64,000 bases of DNA from contig OZ253485.1 in the NCBI GenBank assembly GCA_965261935.1, positions 1,573,173 through 1,637,172 of the forward strand, in the 5' to 3' direction. Shown piece after piece: positions 40,202-50,036 of the stretch (positions are counted from its first letter, which is position 1; each line of letters opens with the position of its first letter). Position numbers and translations under genes: made by a program. A model generated the notes under the pieces. That model did not search any database. It had not been told where the DNA came from and saw only the letters and a program-made list of their open reading frames with translations. The DNA is from Dehalococcoidia bacterium. Lineage in GTDB: Bacteria > Chloroflexota > Dehalococcoidia > Lucifugimonadales > G963668185.

Positions 40202-41029
40202 ATGCGCGGAAGAGAACTCAAGGAACGAATGAAGTCCGGCGGGATCGCTTACGGCGCGATGGTAAGCATCGGGCGCAGTCCCCGCTGGGCTTCCGCATTC
40301 GCGGACTTTGGCCTGGACTATCTCATTTTCGATACTGAGCATTCTCCTCTTGACCGCGGAGGGGTAGGGGACTTAATGACCGCGATGTCCAACACCGGTG
40401 TGGTGCCGATAATCCGCGTGGTCGTTCCCTGGTCTCACTACATTACGCAGGCGTTTGACGCCGGAGCCCAGGGCATCCTGGCGCCCTACTGCGAGACGGT
40501 GGAGGAGGTCGTAGAGGTTGTGGGCGCCACCAAGTGGAGACCCCTCAAGGGCAAGGTCCTGGACAGAGTCATGTCTACAGGCGAGTTTCCAAGCGAAGAA
40601 TCCAAGAGGTACCTAGAGGAAAGAAATGCGGACTCTGTGTGTCTCGTCGGCATCGAGAGTGTCCCGGCGATTGAGAATCTTGATTCGATGCTGGAAGTTC
40701 CAGGCATTGACGGGATATTCGTTGGCCCCAATGATCTGAGCATCTCGCTGGGAGTGCCGGACCAGTACGAGCATCCAAAGTACGAGGAAGCTCTGCGAAC
40801 TGTGATAGTCAGGTGCCGAGCTAGAAATGTGCCGGTGCTGATTCACCATCAGACGGTGGACCTGACAATCAAGTGGCTGAGGGAGGGCGCGAGGTTCGTC
40901 CTGTTCAGCACAGACTCCCGACAAATGCACTTTGGCATGAGGCATGAGTTTGGGCTGATCAAGGAGGTCGGCGCTGAACTCGGCGGAGAAGCGGTTGAAG
41001 ATGTCGGAGAGTCCAGAGAGGTAATCTAG
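40202..41029 (+). CDS. HpcH/HpaI aldolase family protein
   Basis: DTEH, DAGAQGI, IES and FVGPNDL motifs. Confidence 0.9.
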   Translation: MRGRELKERMKSGGIAYGAMVSIGRSPRWASAFADFGLDYLIFDTEHSPLDRGGVGDLMTAMSNTGVVPIIRVVVPWSHYITQAFDAGAQGILAPYCETVEEVVEVVGATKWRPLKGKVLDRVMSTGEFPSEESKRYLEERNADSVCLVGIESVPAIENLDSMLEVPGIDGIFVGPNDLSISLGVPDQYEHPKYEEALRTVIVRCRARNVPVLIHHQTVDLTIKWLREGARFVLFSTDSRQMHFGMRHEFGLIKEVGAELGGEAVEDVGESREVI

Positions 41030-41038
41030 GAGGCCTCG

Positions 41039-41950
41039 TTGACCTGGCAATTCGCATTGGTAGCCGGGCCGTTTGGAGGTGTGGCCGAAGGTCCGGCGTG
41101 GGACGGAAGCGGTCTTCTCTTCACCCACATACCGGCGAGTGTAATCTACCGGCACGATCCGTCCACTGGCGCCACCTTGCCCTACCGCGGAGGGTCCAAC
41201 TGCGCCAACGGCCTGATGTTCGATGCCCAAGGGCGCCTGTACGCTTGCGAGGGTGGGGCGCGCCGCGTCGTACGGTACGACTTCGAGGGTCCTGTTGTAT
41301 TGGCGGACGGCTTTCGAGATAGAAAGCTCAATATCCCCAACGACTTGGCGATCGATCCGGAAGGCCGCGTCTGGTTTTCAGACCCCTTCTATGCCGGCGC
41401 GGGAGGCTCGTGGAGCGACGACAGATCGCTCAAGGAACTGGATCACGAGTCGGTGTATCGGCTCGATCCTCTTGCCGATGGCGATTGGCGGATCGAGAGA
41501 GTTACGTTCGACACCTCCCGGCCGAACGGACTGCTCTTCTCCTTGGACCATAGGACGTTATACGTGGCACAGACAGGAGGCGAGCCGGAAGCCTCAAACC
41601 AACAGCAACTCCGCGCGTACCCCGTAAATGCCGATGGCACGTTGGGAGAAGGCCAGGTCCTGCATGACTTCGGCCAGAACAGTGGAATCGACGGGATGGT
41701 GCTGGACACTGAAGGCAACATAGTGGCGACGGCCGGTTGGCGCGAAGGGGGGCCGGGCCCGTCGATCTACGTATTCTCTTCGTCGGGCGAGATCGTAGAG
41801 CGCCATCCGTTGCCTTTCGACCAGCCGACCAACTGCACGTTCGGTGGCGAGGACCTAACCACTCTCTACGTTACGACGCTGCAGGGCCATCTCCTACGCG
41901 CTCACACGGAACGGCAAGGCAGGCTTCACTATCCGGTCATACGGAGCTGA
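41039..41950 (+). CDS. SMP-30/gluconolactonase family protein
   Basis: EGPAW, NGL, PNDL, PNG, DGM and TNCTFGG motifs. Confidence 0.92.
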   Translation: MTWQFALVAGPFGGVAEGPAWDGSGLLFTHIPASVIYRHDPSTGATLPYRGGSNCANGLMFDAQGRLYACEGGARRVVRYDFEGPVVLADGFRDRKLNIPNDLAIDPEGRVWFSDPFYAGAGGSWSDDRSLKELDHESVYRLDPLADGDWRIERVTFDTSRPNGLLFSLDHRTLYVAQTGGEPEASNQQQLRAYPVNADGTLGEGQVLHDFGQNSGIDGMVLDTEGNIVATAGWREGGPGPSIYVFSSSGEIVERHPLPFDQPTNCTFGGEDLTTLYVTTLQGHLLRAHTERQGRLHYPVIRS

Positions 41951-42031
41951 AGCGGCCGAGGAGCGAGCGCCTGTTCGACGGAATCACGTGCCCCTGCTAT
42001 AGTGGCGGCTCGCAGCGGGGAAGGCTTGGGA

Positions 42032-42658
42032 ATGCGATATTCCTCAAATAGCCACAGACAACGCGAGGCTTACGTAGGGAGGCTTACCAGGACGATCCTC
42101 AACGAGTTCGCCGATATAGGCGTGGATGCGTCCCAAGACCGTTTCACCGGAGTGATGCGGTTTCGTAACAGGAGCCTCGATGGCGCTGCCATCGCGCTGA
42201 GCGTCGCCCCCAGTTCTGAGGTGCACAACTCAACGGACAACGTAGGTGTTTTGTATTTCGTGCTGCCGCCTGACGTCAAGCACTTGCACCAGGACTGGGT
42301 GCACCTGGTCCCTTACATAAGAATCACACGGAAGAAGATGTTTCCCGTTTTTGGATCGGTTACCGGTATTGGACTTAAGGTAAAGGGAGATCTTTTCGGC
42401 GATCTGGTCGATTGGCTGGAGCGTGATGTTCAACTGGCCGATCTGCTCATGGCGAATGTTGAATCATGGAGATTGATTAGCGTGGTGCCTATTCTGGTTG
42501 GGAGCCGCACGTGGCCGCCGGGTGCGCTGGCGATTAGCGGTTCGAGCCTGTCGGCACCCGCTAGAGAGGTGTTCGAGTGCTACGATCTCATCGGTCGGCA
42601 CCTCCGCCGCTCGCTAGACCTCTTATCGAGACGGGCTTACACGCAAAGAGGAGGCTAA
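42032..42658 (+). CDS. Hypothetical protein
   Basis: Co-oriented ORF filling the gap in the gene run; no motif recognised. Confidence 0.6.
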   Translation: MRYSSNSHRQREAYVGRLTRTILNEFADIGVDASQDRFTGVMRFRNRSLDGAAIALSVAPSSEVHNSTDNVGVLYFVLPPDVKHLHQDWVHLVPYIRITRKKMFPVFGSVTGIGLKVKGDLFGDLVDWLERDVQLADLLMANVESWRLISVVPILVGSRTWPPGALAISGSSLSAPAREVFECYDLIGRHLRRSLDLLSRRAYTQRGG

Positions 42659-42663
42659 CCCAA

Positions 42664-43701
42664 ATGACAGAGCAGGTCCGAATCGGCCTGGTTGGCGCGG
42701 GCGGCAACACTAAGCTGATGCATATTCCAGGGTTCCAAAAGCTGGAAGGGGTGGAGATCGTCAGTGTTTGCAACCGGAGCATTGAGTCAGGCCAGGTAGT
42801 GGCAGACCAGTACGGCATACCAAAGGTCTACGATAATTGGCGCGACCTGATCGAAAATCCTGACACGAACGCAATCTGCATAGGCACCTGGCCGTATATG
42901 CACTGCATACTGACGCTCGCCGCCCTGGAAAGCGGCAAGCACGCCCTCACCGAGGCGCGCATGGCCATCGATGCCGCAGAAGCCCACGCCATGCTGGTGG
43001 CGTCACGCGAGCACCCCGGCCTGATTGCCCAAATTGTGCCGGCTCCGCACACGCTGAGCGTGGACGCCAAAATCAAGGAACTGATCTCAGAAGGGTACTT
43101 GGGCAACGTGCTGTCCGTGGACATGCGAGTCAGCCAGGGAGGCTTCATAGATCGCGAGTCGCCGATTCACTGGCGCCAGGACCGCGACCTCTCCGGATTC
43201 AACGTGATGGGCATGGGCATCTGGTACGAGGCTATGATGCGGTGGGTGGGTCCGGCGCTGTTTGTCTCAGCGCTGACGCGTGTGCATGCCGACCACCGGA
43301 ACGACTGGTCTGGCGAGAGAAAGACGGTGACTGTTCCGGACCATGTAGAGATTCTTTGCGAACTAGCGGGAGGGGCCGTGGCCCACATCCGGCACACGGC
43401 CGTCGCCGGGCTGGCAGGTCCGGACGAGGTCTGGATCTTTGGCGATGAGGGGACACTGCATCTCGAAGGGGGCTCTATGACTCTGCGTGGTGGCCGTCGA
43501 GGCGATGACGGACTTAGCGTGATCGACGTTCCTCCTGATATGCGCGGCGGTTGGCGGGTTGAGGAAGAATTCGTGAACGCCATTCGCGGCATCGAACAGG
43601 TTACACACACGTCCTTTGAAGACGGCGTGCGGTACATGGAATTTACGGAGGCAGTTACCCGCAGCGCTCAGACGGGGCAGAAGATTGGGCTTCCCCTGTA
43701 G
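42664..43701 (+). CDS. Gfo/Idh/MocA oxidoreductase
   Basis: IGLVGAG Rossmann fold; GKHALTEARMA. GAGGAGG RBS. Confidence 0.9.
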   Translation: MTEQVRIGLVGAGGNTKLMHIPGFQKLEGVEIVSVCNRSIESGQVVADQYGIPKVYDNWRDLIENPDTNAICIGTWPYMHCILTLAALESGKHALTEARMAIDAAEAHAMLVASREHPGLIAQIVPAPHTLSVDAKIKELISEGYLGNVLSVDMRVSQGGFIDRESPIHWRQDRDLSGFNVMGMGIWYEAMMRWVGPALFVSALTRVHADHRNDWSGERKTVTVPDHVEILCELAGGAVAHIRHTAVAGLAGPDEVWIFGDEGTLHLEGGSMTLRGGRRGDDGLSVIDVPPDMRGGWRVEEEFVNAIRGIEQVTHTSFEDGVRYMEFTEAVTRSAQTGQKIGLPL

Positions 43702-43738
43702 GGTCTGTGCTGCCGTTCGGCCGAAAGGAACTAAAACA

Positions 43739-44902
43739 ATGAATTCGTCAGGCCTGCGTGAACTGATTCCTGCCGCTGAGCAGATGACTTATCTGAACAC
43801 TGGCTGGAACGGGCCGTCGCCTACTCCCGTAGTAGATGCAATCAAGAGAAGGCTCGACTTCGAAAACGAGAATGGACCTACCTCCCCGGAAGTGCGGGAG
43901 TCCGGCGCGGTGATTCGGGACGAGTCCAGGGCGGCCGTGGCAGAACTGGTAAACGCGGACCCATCCGAAATCCTTCTGACGGAGAACACAACGGACGGCA
44001 TCAACGTCGTCATGACCGGGCTGCCATGGCGCGAGGGCGATGAGATTATCACCTGCAGCCTGGAGCACGCGTCGATCCTGGTCCCCAGCTATTACACACA
44101 ATACACAAACGGCACAAATGTAAAGGTTCTGCAGCTGGACCCCGCTGAGACTTACGAGAGCGTTCTCGACAAAGTGTCGGCGGCGATGACGGACCGCACG
44201 AGGATGGTGTTCCTCAGCCACATCGAGTTCTCATCGGGTGTTCGGATGCCGATCAAAGCGATATCCGAGATCACGAGGCCACGGGGGATCTGGCTTCTAG
44301 TTGACGGCGCGCAGGGCGCAGGACACGTTCGGGTTGACGTGAACGATCTGGGGTGCGACTTCTACGCGATGTCCGGCCAGAAGTGGCTGCTTGGGCCCGA
44401 CGGAACGGGCGCGCTGTACATTCGAAGTGAAATGATACCCACGGTCAGGGCAGTTCGGGTATCCAGCCACGCGGTTACTTCGCACGACCACGCGGGCAAC
44501 TACGAGATCAAAGTGGACGACATTGACAAGTATGTTGTCAGCACTGCCAGTCTGGCGCTTCGCGCCGGGTTCCTGGAGGCGGTTCGTATACATCTGGCGG
44601 CCGGTCCTGAGACGATAGAGGCACATAACCTGGAGCTCGCCTCGGAGCTGAAAGCGGCGCTGGTTAACATGCCCGGAATTCGTGTGCTGTCGCCCCTGGA
44701 GGGACCGGAGTGCGCGGGCCTGGTCACGTTCTACGTAGAAGGCGCGGACCAGCCGTTGGCAGCCGAGTCTCTGTGGGAAGCCGATCGCGTGCTGGTACGG
44801 TCGGTCCCTCATCCGTCGGGAATCCGAGCGTCGATGCACTTCTTCAACACCAAGGAGGATGCCCAGCGCCTGGCGTCTGCGCTGCGGGGCTTAGTTCCCT
44901 AG
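43739..44902 (+). CDS. Class V PLP-dependent enzyme (cystine lyase/CefD-like)
   Basis: NTTDG, EHAS, DGAQ and SGQKWLLGP motifs; no desulfurase catalytic Cys loop. Confidence 0.88.
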   Translation: MNSSGLRELIPAAEQMTYLNTGWNGPSPTPVVDAIKRRLDFENENGPTSPEVRESGAVIRDESRAAVAELVNADPSEILLTENTTDGINVVMTGLPWREGDEIITCSLEHASILVPSYYTQYTNGTNVKVLQLDPAETYESVLDKVSAAMTDRTRMVFLSHIEFSSGVRMPIKAISEITRPRGIWLLVDGAQGAGHVRVDVNDLGCDFYAMSGQKWLLGPDGTGALYIRSEMIPTVRAVRVSSHAVTSHDHAGNYEIKVDDIDKYVVSTASLALRAGFLEAVRIHLAAGPETIEAHNLELASELKAALVNMPGIRVLSPLEGPECAGLVTFYVEGADQPLAAESLWEADRVLVRSVPHPSGIRASMHFFNTKEDAQRLASALRGLVP

Positions 44903-44950
44903 ATGACAGTGGTACTCAGTCTGCACGCTGCCTGCTGATACAATTCCGGC

Positions 44951-46162
44951 ATGGCATACCGTGCCGACCTGCACCTCCACTCCCAGTACGCGCGGGGCTG
45001 TAGCAAGTCGCTCACACTGGATAACCTCGCGCTGTGGGCCGGATTGAAGGGCATTGATTTGCTGTCCACCGGAGACTTTACCCATCCTGCCCGCTTCAAG
45101 GAGATCAGGGAGGTACTGTCTGAACCTGGCGACGGCCTGCTCGATTATGGCGATGTAAGGTTCATCCTGGGAACGGAGGTGAACTGCAACGCCAGGCAGG
45201 GTGGGCGCTCCAGAAGGACCCACATGCTGGTCTTCGTACCTTCGCTTGAAGTTGCAAGTAGGGTATCGGCGCGTCTAGGGGGATTCGGCAAGCTGGACTC
45301 AGACGGGCGGCCAACGCTTCATCTCACGCCAAGGCGCCTCCTGGAGGTTCTGTTAGATGTGGACGAGCGCTGCTTCGTGATCCCTGCTCACGCGTGGACG
45401 CCCTGGTTTGGAGTGTTCGGATCAAAGTCCGGCTTTGACTCGCTCGAAGAGTGCTTTGGGGACCTTGCAGACCTTGTGTTCGCCGTTGAGACAGGTCTCT
45501 CAGGCGACCCGGCGATGCACTGGCGCGTTCCTGAGCTTGACGATGTGGCCATAGTGTCGTTTTCAGACGCCCACTCCCTGCCAAAGATGGGCAGGGAACT
45601 GACGGCATTCAATGGCCCGATGTCTTACGACGGACTGGCCGACTCACTGAGATCTGGAGGCGTGGCCTATTCGCTGGAGTTCTTTCCGGAGTCCGGTAAG
45701 TACCATCACTCCGGCCATCGAAAGTGCGGGTTGCGGCTTTCGCCAGCACAGGTGCGAGAGGAAGGCACACTTTGCGCCAAGTGCGGCAAGCAAGTGACGC
45801 TTGGAGTGCTGGAGCGCGTCGAGCAGCTCGCGACCCGCGACATTTCGACTAGTGTAGACAGTGCCGGGTTCGTGACTGGCATCGAGGGTCGGCCACCTTA
45901 CAAGATGCTTGTGCCGTTGGAGCAGATACTGTCCGAGGCACTCGGCAAAGGTGTGAACACAAAGGCCGTCCAATCCGTGTGGACCGGCTTGGTGGACTGT
46001 TTCGGCAATGAGATGGCAGTGTTGCTGGATGCTTCGCCCGGAGATATCGAGCAGGTGGGCGGCGAAAGGGTGGCCGAAGGGGTGGGACGCGTCCGAAGAG
46101 GAGAGCTGTCCATAGAACCAGGCTACGATGGCGAGTACGGGGTAGTGTCCGTATGGCCCTAG
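44951..46162 (+). CDS. Endonuclease Q / PHP-family protein
   Basis: DLHLHS, GDFTHP, PAHAWTPW, SDAHS, GKYH..GHRKC, CxxC and GYDGEYG motifs. Confidence 0.9.
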   Translation: MAYRADLHLHSQYARGCSKSLTLDNLALWAGLKGIDLLSTGDFTHPARFKEIREVLSEPGDGLLDYGDVRFILGTEVNCNARQGGRSRRTHMLVFVPSLEVASRVSARLGGFGKLDSDGRPTLHLTPRRLLEVLLDVDERCFVIPAHAWTPWFGVFGSKSGFDSLEECFGDLADLVFAVETGLSGDPAMHWRVPELDDVAIVSFSDAHSLPKMGRELTAFNGPMSYDGLADSLRSGGVAYSLEFFPESGKYHHSGHRKCGLRLSPAQVREEGTLCAKCGKQVTLGVLERVEQLATRDISTSVDSAGFVTGIEGRPPYKMLVPLEQILSEALGKGVNTKAVQSVWTGLVDCFGNEMAVLLDASPGDIEQVGGERVAEGVGRVRRGELSIEPGYDGEYGVVSVWP

Positions 46163-46255
46163 CCGCGCCGTGCGGAGAGGCAACTCCGAGTCCCGGAAGA
46201 GAGTAAAATCAGGTGTGGTAGGTCCGCTGGTCTCAAGAACCGAGAGGAAAGAGAA

Positions 46256-48004
46256 ATGGCCCTGATTAGCAGACCGAAGTTTGACAAGGAAGAGGTCGTG
46301 GCCCGCAACGGTGTGGTCACTGCTATGCAGCCGGAGGCCGCCGAGGCAGGACTGTCGATACTAAAGGCCGGTGGCAATGCCGTGGACGCCGCAGTCTGCA
46401 TCGCATTCTGCAACGTTGTGCTTGAACCGGACATGGCAACCATAGCCGGCCTAGGCTACATGTTGGTCCACATGGCGACAGAAGGGCGTACGTACGCGAT
46501 TGACTTCAACTCCCGCGCGCCTCGCAAGGCGCGCCCCGACATGTATGACGTTATCGGCCCTTCTACCGTAGGGGGGTTCCAGACGTTCCAAGTTCGGAAC
46601 GATACCAACAATGTCGGCCCGCTAAGCGTGACAATCCCCGCAACGTGTGCCGGGCTTTGCGAGGCGCACCGCAGGTTCGGGGTGCTGCCCTTGGAACAGG
46701 TCGTTGAACCGGCGGCGGCCTTGGCTTCGGACGGGTTCGAGGCGAGCTGGCATGTCGCGCTAACGGCCGCGAACAACTTCGAGACTTGGAGCAACGATCC
46801 CTATCTTGCCAGCATGTGGTTGCCGGGAGGCAGACCCCCGGTGTCTCGGTCGAAGCCCGCAGACAGGGTGGTCCAGAAGGACTTGGGTCGCCTTTTGGAG
46901 AACATCGGCCGCAACGGTCCGGATGCCATGTACAAGGGCGAGGTTGCGGCGGCAGTAGAAGAGTTCGTTGTGGGCGGCGGCGGGGTACTTACCGCTCAAG
47001 ATCTCGCTGAGTATTCACCGACCGTTTCCGAGCCGCTTTCCACCGAGTTCAATGGCCATTTGATAAAGGTAGTATCGACTCCTAGCGGCGGCATTACAAA
47101 CCTGCAGACGTTCAACATTCTGGACAACTTCGATCTACTTTCGATGGGACATAACTCTATTGAGTATTTGCACACATTCATCGAGACCGCACATCACGCA
47201 TTCGCGGACAGGTACAGGTATCTCGCTGACTGGGAGCGTGCCCCGGTACCATTGGAGGGCATGCTTTCCCGTGACTATGGGAAGTTCATCTCCGGGCAAC
47301 TGGACCGTGAAAGGGCGGTGACGGGAGCCGAGTTAGAGGAAGAGCCGTGGATACACTATCTGGACAGCGCGATACACGACCCGTGGCGCTTCCAAAACGG
47401 TGCCCGTCCGGCCCATTCGACCTCGGCTGTCGCGATGGACTCGAACGACGAAGCTACGACGCATCTCAACGTGGTGGACAAGGACCGAAACGTAGTCTCC
47501 TGCACCCACACGGCTGGGATGCGGGAGGGACTGTTCCCGCCGGGCACAGGCGTGTATTTGGCTGGTGGCATGGGCTGGTTCGTGGCGAAGCCGGGGTATC
47601 CGAACTCGGTTGACAGCTGGAAGCGGCCTATGAACAACATGTCGCCTCTAATCGCGTTCCGGGATGGTAGGCCTGTTCTGAGCCAGGGTGCTCCGGGCGC
47701 CAGGCGGATCATGAATCGGGGCGTTCAGGTGGTCGCGAACGTGCTTGTGTTCGGCATGTCGCCTCAAGAGGCGGTTGGCCAGCCTGTCGTTGATGCAAGC
47801 AGCATGAACGTAGTGTTGGACGACCGCTTGCCTGACGAAGTTGTGGAGGGTGTGCGGAAGCTTGGGCACAGGCTGGATCTTGTCACGGAAGATCCCGGCT
47901 CGTGGAACTTCGCACGCCCGACGGCCATACAAATCGATTATGAGTCCGGGCTTCTCAGGGCCGGTGTGGACCCGTTCCGAGCGGCCATGGCGATGGGCTA
48001 CTAG
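46256..48004 (+). CDS. Gamma-glutamyltransferase family protein
   Basis: GGNAVDAA, AFADR, TTH nucleophile and GAPG motifs. Confidence 0.92.
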   Translation: MALISRPKFDKEEVVARNGVVTAMQPEAAEAGLSILKAGGNAVDAAVCIAFCNVVLEPDMATIAGLGYMLVHMATEGRTYAIDFNSRAPRKARPDMYDVIGPSTVGGFQTFQVRNDTNNVGPLSVTIPATCAGLCEAHRRFGVLPLEQVVEPAAALASDGFEASWHVALTAANNFETWSNDPYLASMWLPGGRPPVSRSKPADRVVQKDLGRLLENIGRNGPDAMYKGEVAAAVEEFVVGGGGVLTAQDLAEYSPTVSEPLSTEFNGHLIKVVSTPSGGITNLQTFNILDNFDLLSMGHNSIEYLHTFIETAHHAFADRYRYLADWERAPVPLEGMLSRDYGKFISGQLDRERAVTGAELEEEPWIHYLDSAIHDPWRFQNGARPAHSTSAVAMDSNDEATTHLNVVDKDRNVVSCTHTAGMREGLFPPGTGVYLAGGMGWFVAKPGYPNSVDSWKRPMNNMSPLIAFRDGRPVLSQGAPGARRIMNRGVQVVANVLVFGMSPQEAVGQPVVDASSMNVVLDDRLPDEVVEGVRKLGHRLDLVTEDPGSWNFARPTAIQIDYESGLLRAGVDPFRAAMAMGY

Positions 48005-48066
48005 GGCCTGTAGTCCGTCCGGCCGCAGGCGTAGTGTCCCGAAGCTCAGGCAGTCAGGAGGATGAA

Positions 48067-48654
48067 GTGAAAACCCATTTGATTGAGTTAAGGAATGTGA
48101 GTAGAGAGGATGTGCAGCGAATTCGGGAATGGCTTCAGGATCCGGAGGTCTCCGATAGCTGGTTTGGAAGATACGCGTATGGCGATCCTGCTCACCTCGG
48201 CTATCATCCGGAACAAGTCGGAGGAGTATCCGACGCCGAGTGGGAGCGCATTTTCGAAGACCCGGAACACCGGATGCTGGCCGTCTACACGAAGGATAGC
48301 GTCCACATTGGGGAGGTCCACGTAGCGATAGAGGAGTCTCTTGGAGACGGGCAGGTCTCGATTCTGATCGGGCGCAAAGACCTTTGGCACCATGGATTTG
48401 GGACTGCCGCGATAAGAGCCACGCTGCACGAAGCGTTTGATGAGTGGGGGCTGTTTCGAGTGTGGGTCGACGTGCCGGAATACAATACCTCCGCCCTCCG
48501 AATGTTCGAGCATCTCGGATTTGTGCACGAGGGCACGCTGCGCCAGAGTAGACCGCACGAGGGGTCGAGGTTCGACTCGGTGGTTATGGGAATGCTGGCC
48601 GCGGAGTACGAGTCGCTGGTCGAGGATGGTTCAATCGACCAGGCTGCCATCTGA
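48067..48654 (+). CDS. GNAT (RimJ/RimL-like) acetyltransferase
   Basis: WHHGFGT, N..ALRMFE.LGF..EG motifs. Confidence 0.85.
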   Translation: MKTHLIELRNVSREDVQRIREWLQDPEVSDSWFGRYAYGDPAHLGYHPEQVGGVSDAEWERIFEDPEHRMLAVYTKDSVHIGEVHVAIEESLGDGQVSILIGRKDLWHHGFGTAAIRATLHEAFDEWGLFRVWVDVPEYNTSALRMFEHLGFVHEGTLRQSRPHEGSRFDSVVMGMLAAEYESLVEDGSIDQAAI

Positions 48655-48678
48655 CCAGCGGCCAGGGGAGAGATAACG

Positions 48679-49998
48679 GTGCTCTACCAGTCCGAGGCAG
48701 GCAACCTGACCCTCGCCGCCGGGGGCGATGCCATGATCACGCGCAAGCTGAGCGTGTTCACAGAGCCGCGCGCGACGGCGCTATGGGACATCTTCCGACG
48801 CTCTGACGTGGGCTTCGTTAACCTGGAGATGCTCATGCATGAGTACGAGCATCCCCACGGAGTAGCAGGCGGCACATTCACCGCATCAGAACCTGCCAAC
48901 CTGGAGGAACTGGAGTGGGCCGGAATCCAAATGGTGTCGTTAGCGAATAATCACCACTACGATTACGGAGAGGGAGGCGTACTCACAAACCTGGCAAACG
49001 TAAAGGCGGCCGGCCTGGTGTGCGCGGGCACCGGGCGCAATCTCAGCCAGGCGCGCGCTCCGGGCTATCTGGATACGCCTAACGGGCGAGTTGCCCTAAT
49101 CTCCACCTCATCGACGTTCGCGGATGCCGGCCGAGCTACGGAACAGAGACCGGACGCCGCGGGCAGACCCGGCCTGAATCCTCTTCGTTTCAGCACAGCC
49201 CACTCAGTTGACCGACCCGCATTTGACGAGTTGCGCCGAGTAAGCAGAGAGCTTGGATTCGAGGATGAGAAGGCCCGTAGGCGCAAGTTTGGCCAGGCGG
49301 TCGGTACAGACTCGGACACGGAGCTGCAATTCAACGGCGGCACGTTCCATCAGGGAGAGGAGTTCGAGACCAGGACCGCACCGAACCTGGCCGACCTGGA
49401 GGGCAACCTCAAGTGGATACGGGACGCTGGCCGCATGGCAGACTGGGTCATCGTCAGCATCCACAGCCACGAGTACGGGAAGACTCTGGAGGAACCACCA
49501 GATTTCCTTGTGGACTTCGCGAGAGCCTGCATAGACCAGGGGGCGGACGTTTTCCTTGGCCACGGCCCACACTTCGACAAGGGTGTTGAGATCTACAACG
49601 GCAAGCCGATCTTGTATAGTCTCGGCAACTTCATATTCCAGAACGACACTGTGGCTTGGCAGCCGGCCGAGAACTACGATGGACAGCGCCTGGAACTGAG
49701 TTCCACGCCCGCCGACTTCTACGATGCTCGCTCCGCAAACGACACGCGTGGGTTTCCGGCCGATGAAATCTACTGGGAAAGCGTAGTCGCACAGTGCGAG
49801 TATGTCGGTGGTGAGCTAACCAGCCTAGTCCTGCATCCAATCGATCTGGGCTATGGCCGCTCCCGATCACAGCGGGGCCGGCCGCTTCTTGCGGAAGGAA
49901 AGGTGGCCCGGCGAGTGCTGGAGCGCGTGGAAAGGCTGTCTGCGCCATTCGGGACGAAAGTTGACATCGAAGACGGCGTTGGCGTGGTGAAGCTGTAA
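48679..49998 (+). CDS. CapA (PGA_cap) family metallophosphoesterase
   Basis: GD, NLE, ANNH..DYG, HSHE, GHGPH and YSLGNF motifs. Confidence 0.92.
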   Translation: MLYQSEAGNLTLAAGGDAMITRKLSVFTEPRATALWDIFRRSDVGFVNLEMLMHEYEHPHGVAGGTFTASEPANLEELEWAGIQMVSLANNHHYDYGEGGVLTNLANVKAAGLVCAGTGRNLSQARAPGYLDTPNGRVALISTSSTFADAGRATEQRPDAAGRPGLNPLRFSTAHSVDRPAFDELRRVSRELGFEDEKARRRKFGQAVGTDSDTELQFNGGTFHQGEEFETRTAPNLADLEGNLKWIRDAGRMADWVIVSIHSHEYGKTLEEPPDFLVDFARACIDQGADVFLGHGPHFDKGVEIYNGKPILYSLGNFIFQNDTVAWQPAENYDGQRLELSSTPADFYDARSANDTRGFPADEIYWESVVAQCEYVGGELTSLVLHPIDLGYGRSRSQRGRPLLAEGKVARRVLERVERLSAPFGTKVDIEDGVGVVKL

Positions 49999-50036
49999 GG
50001 TTTCGCAGCAACTCCCGCCTTTGCGGGACGTCTCCC

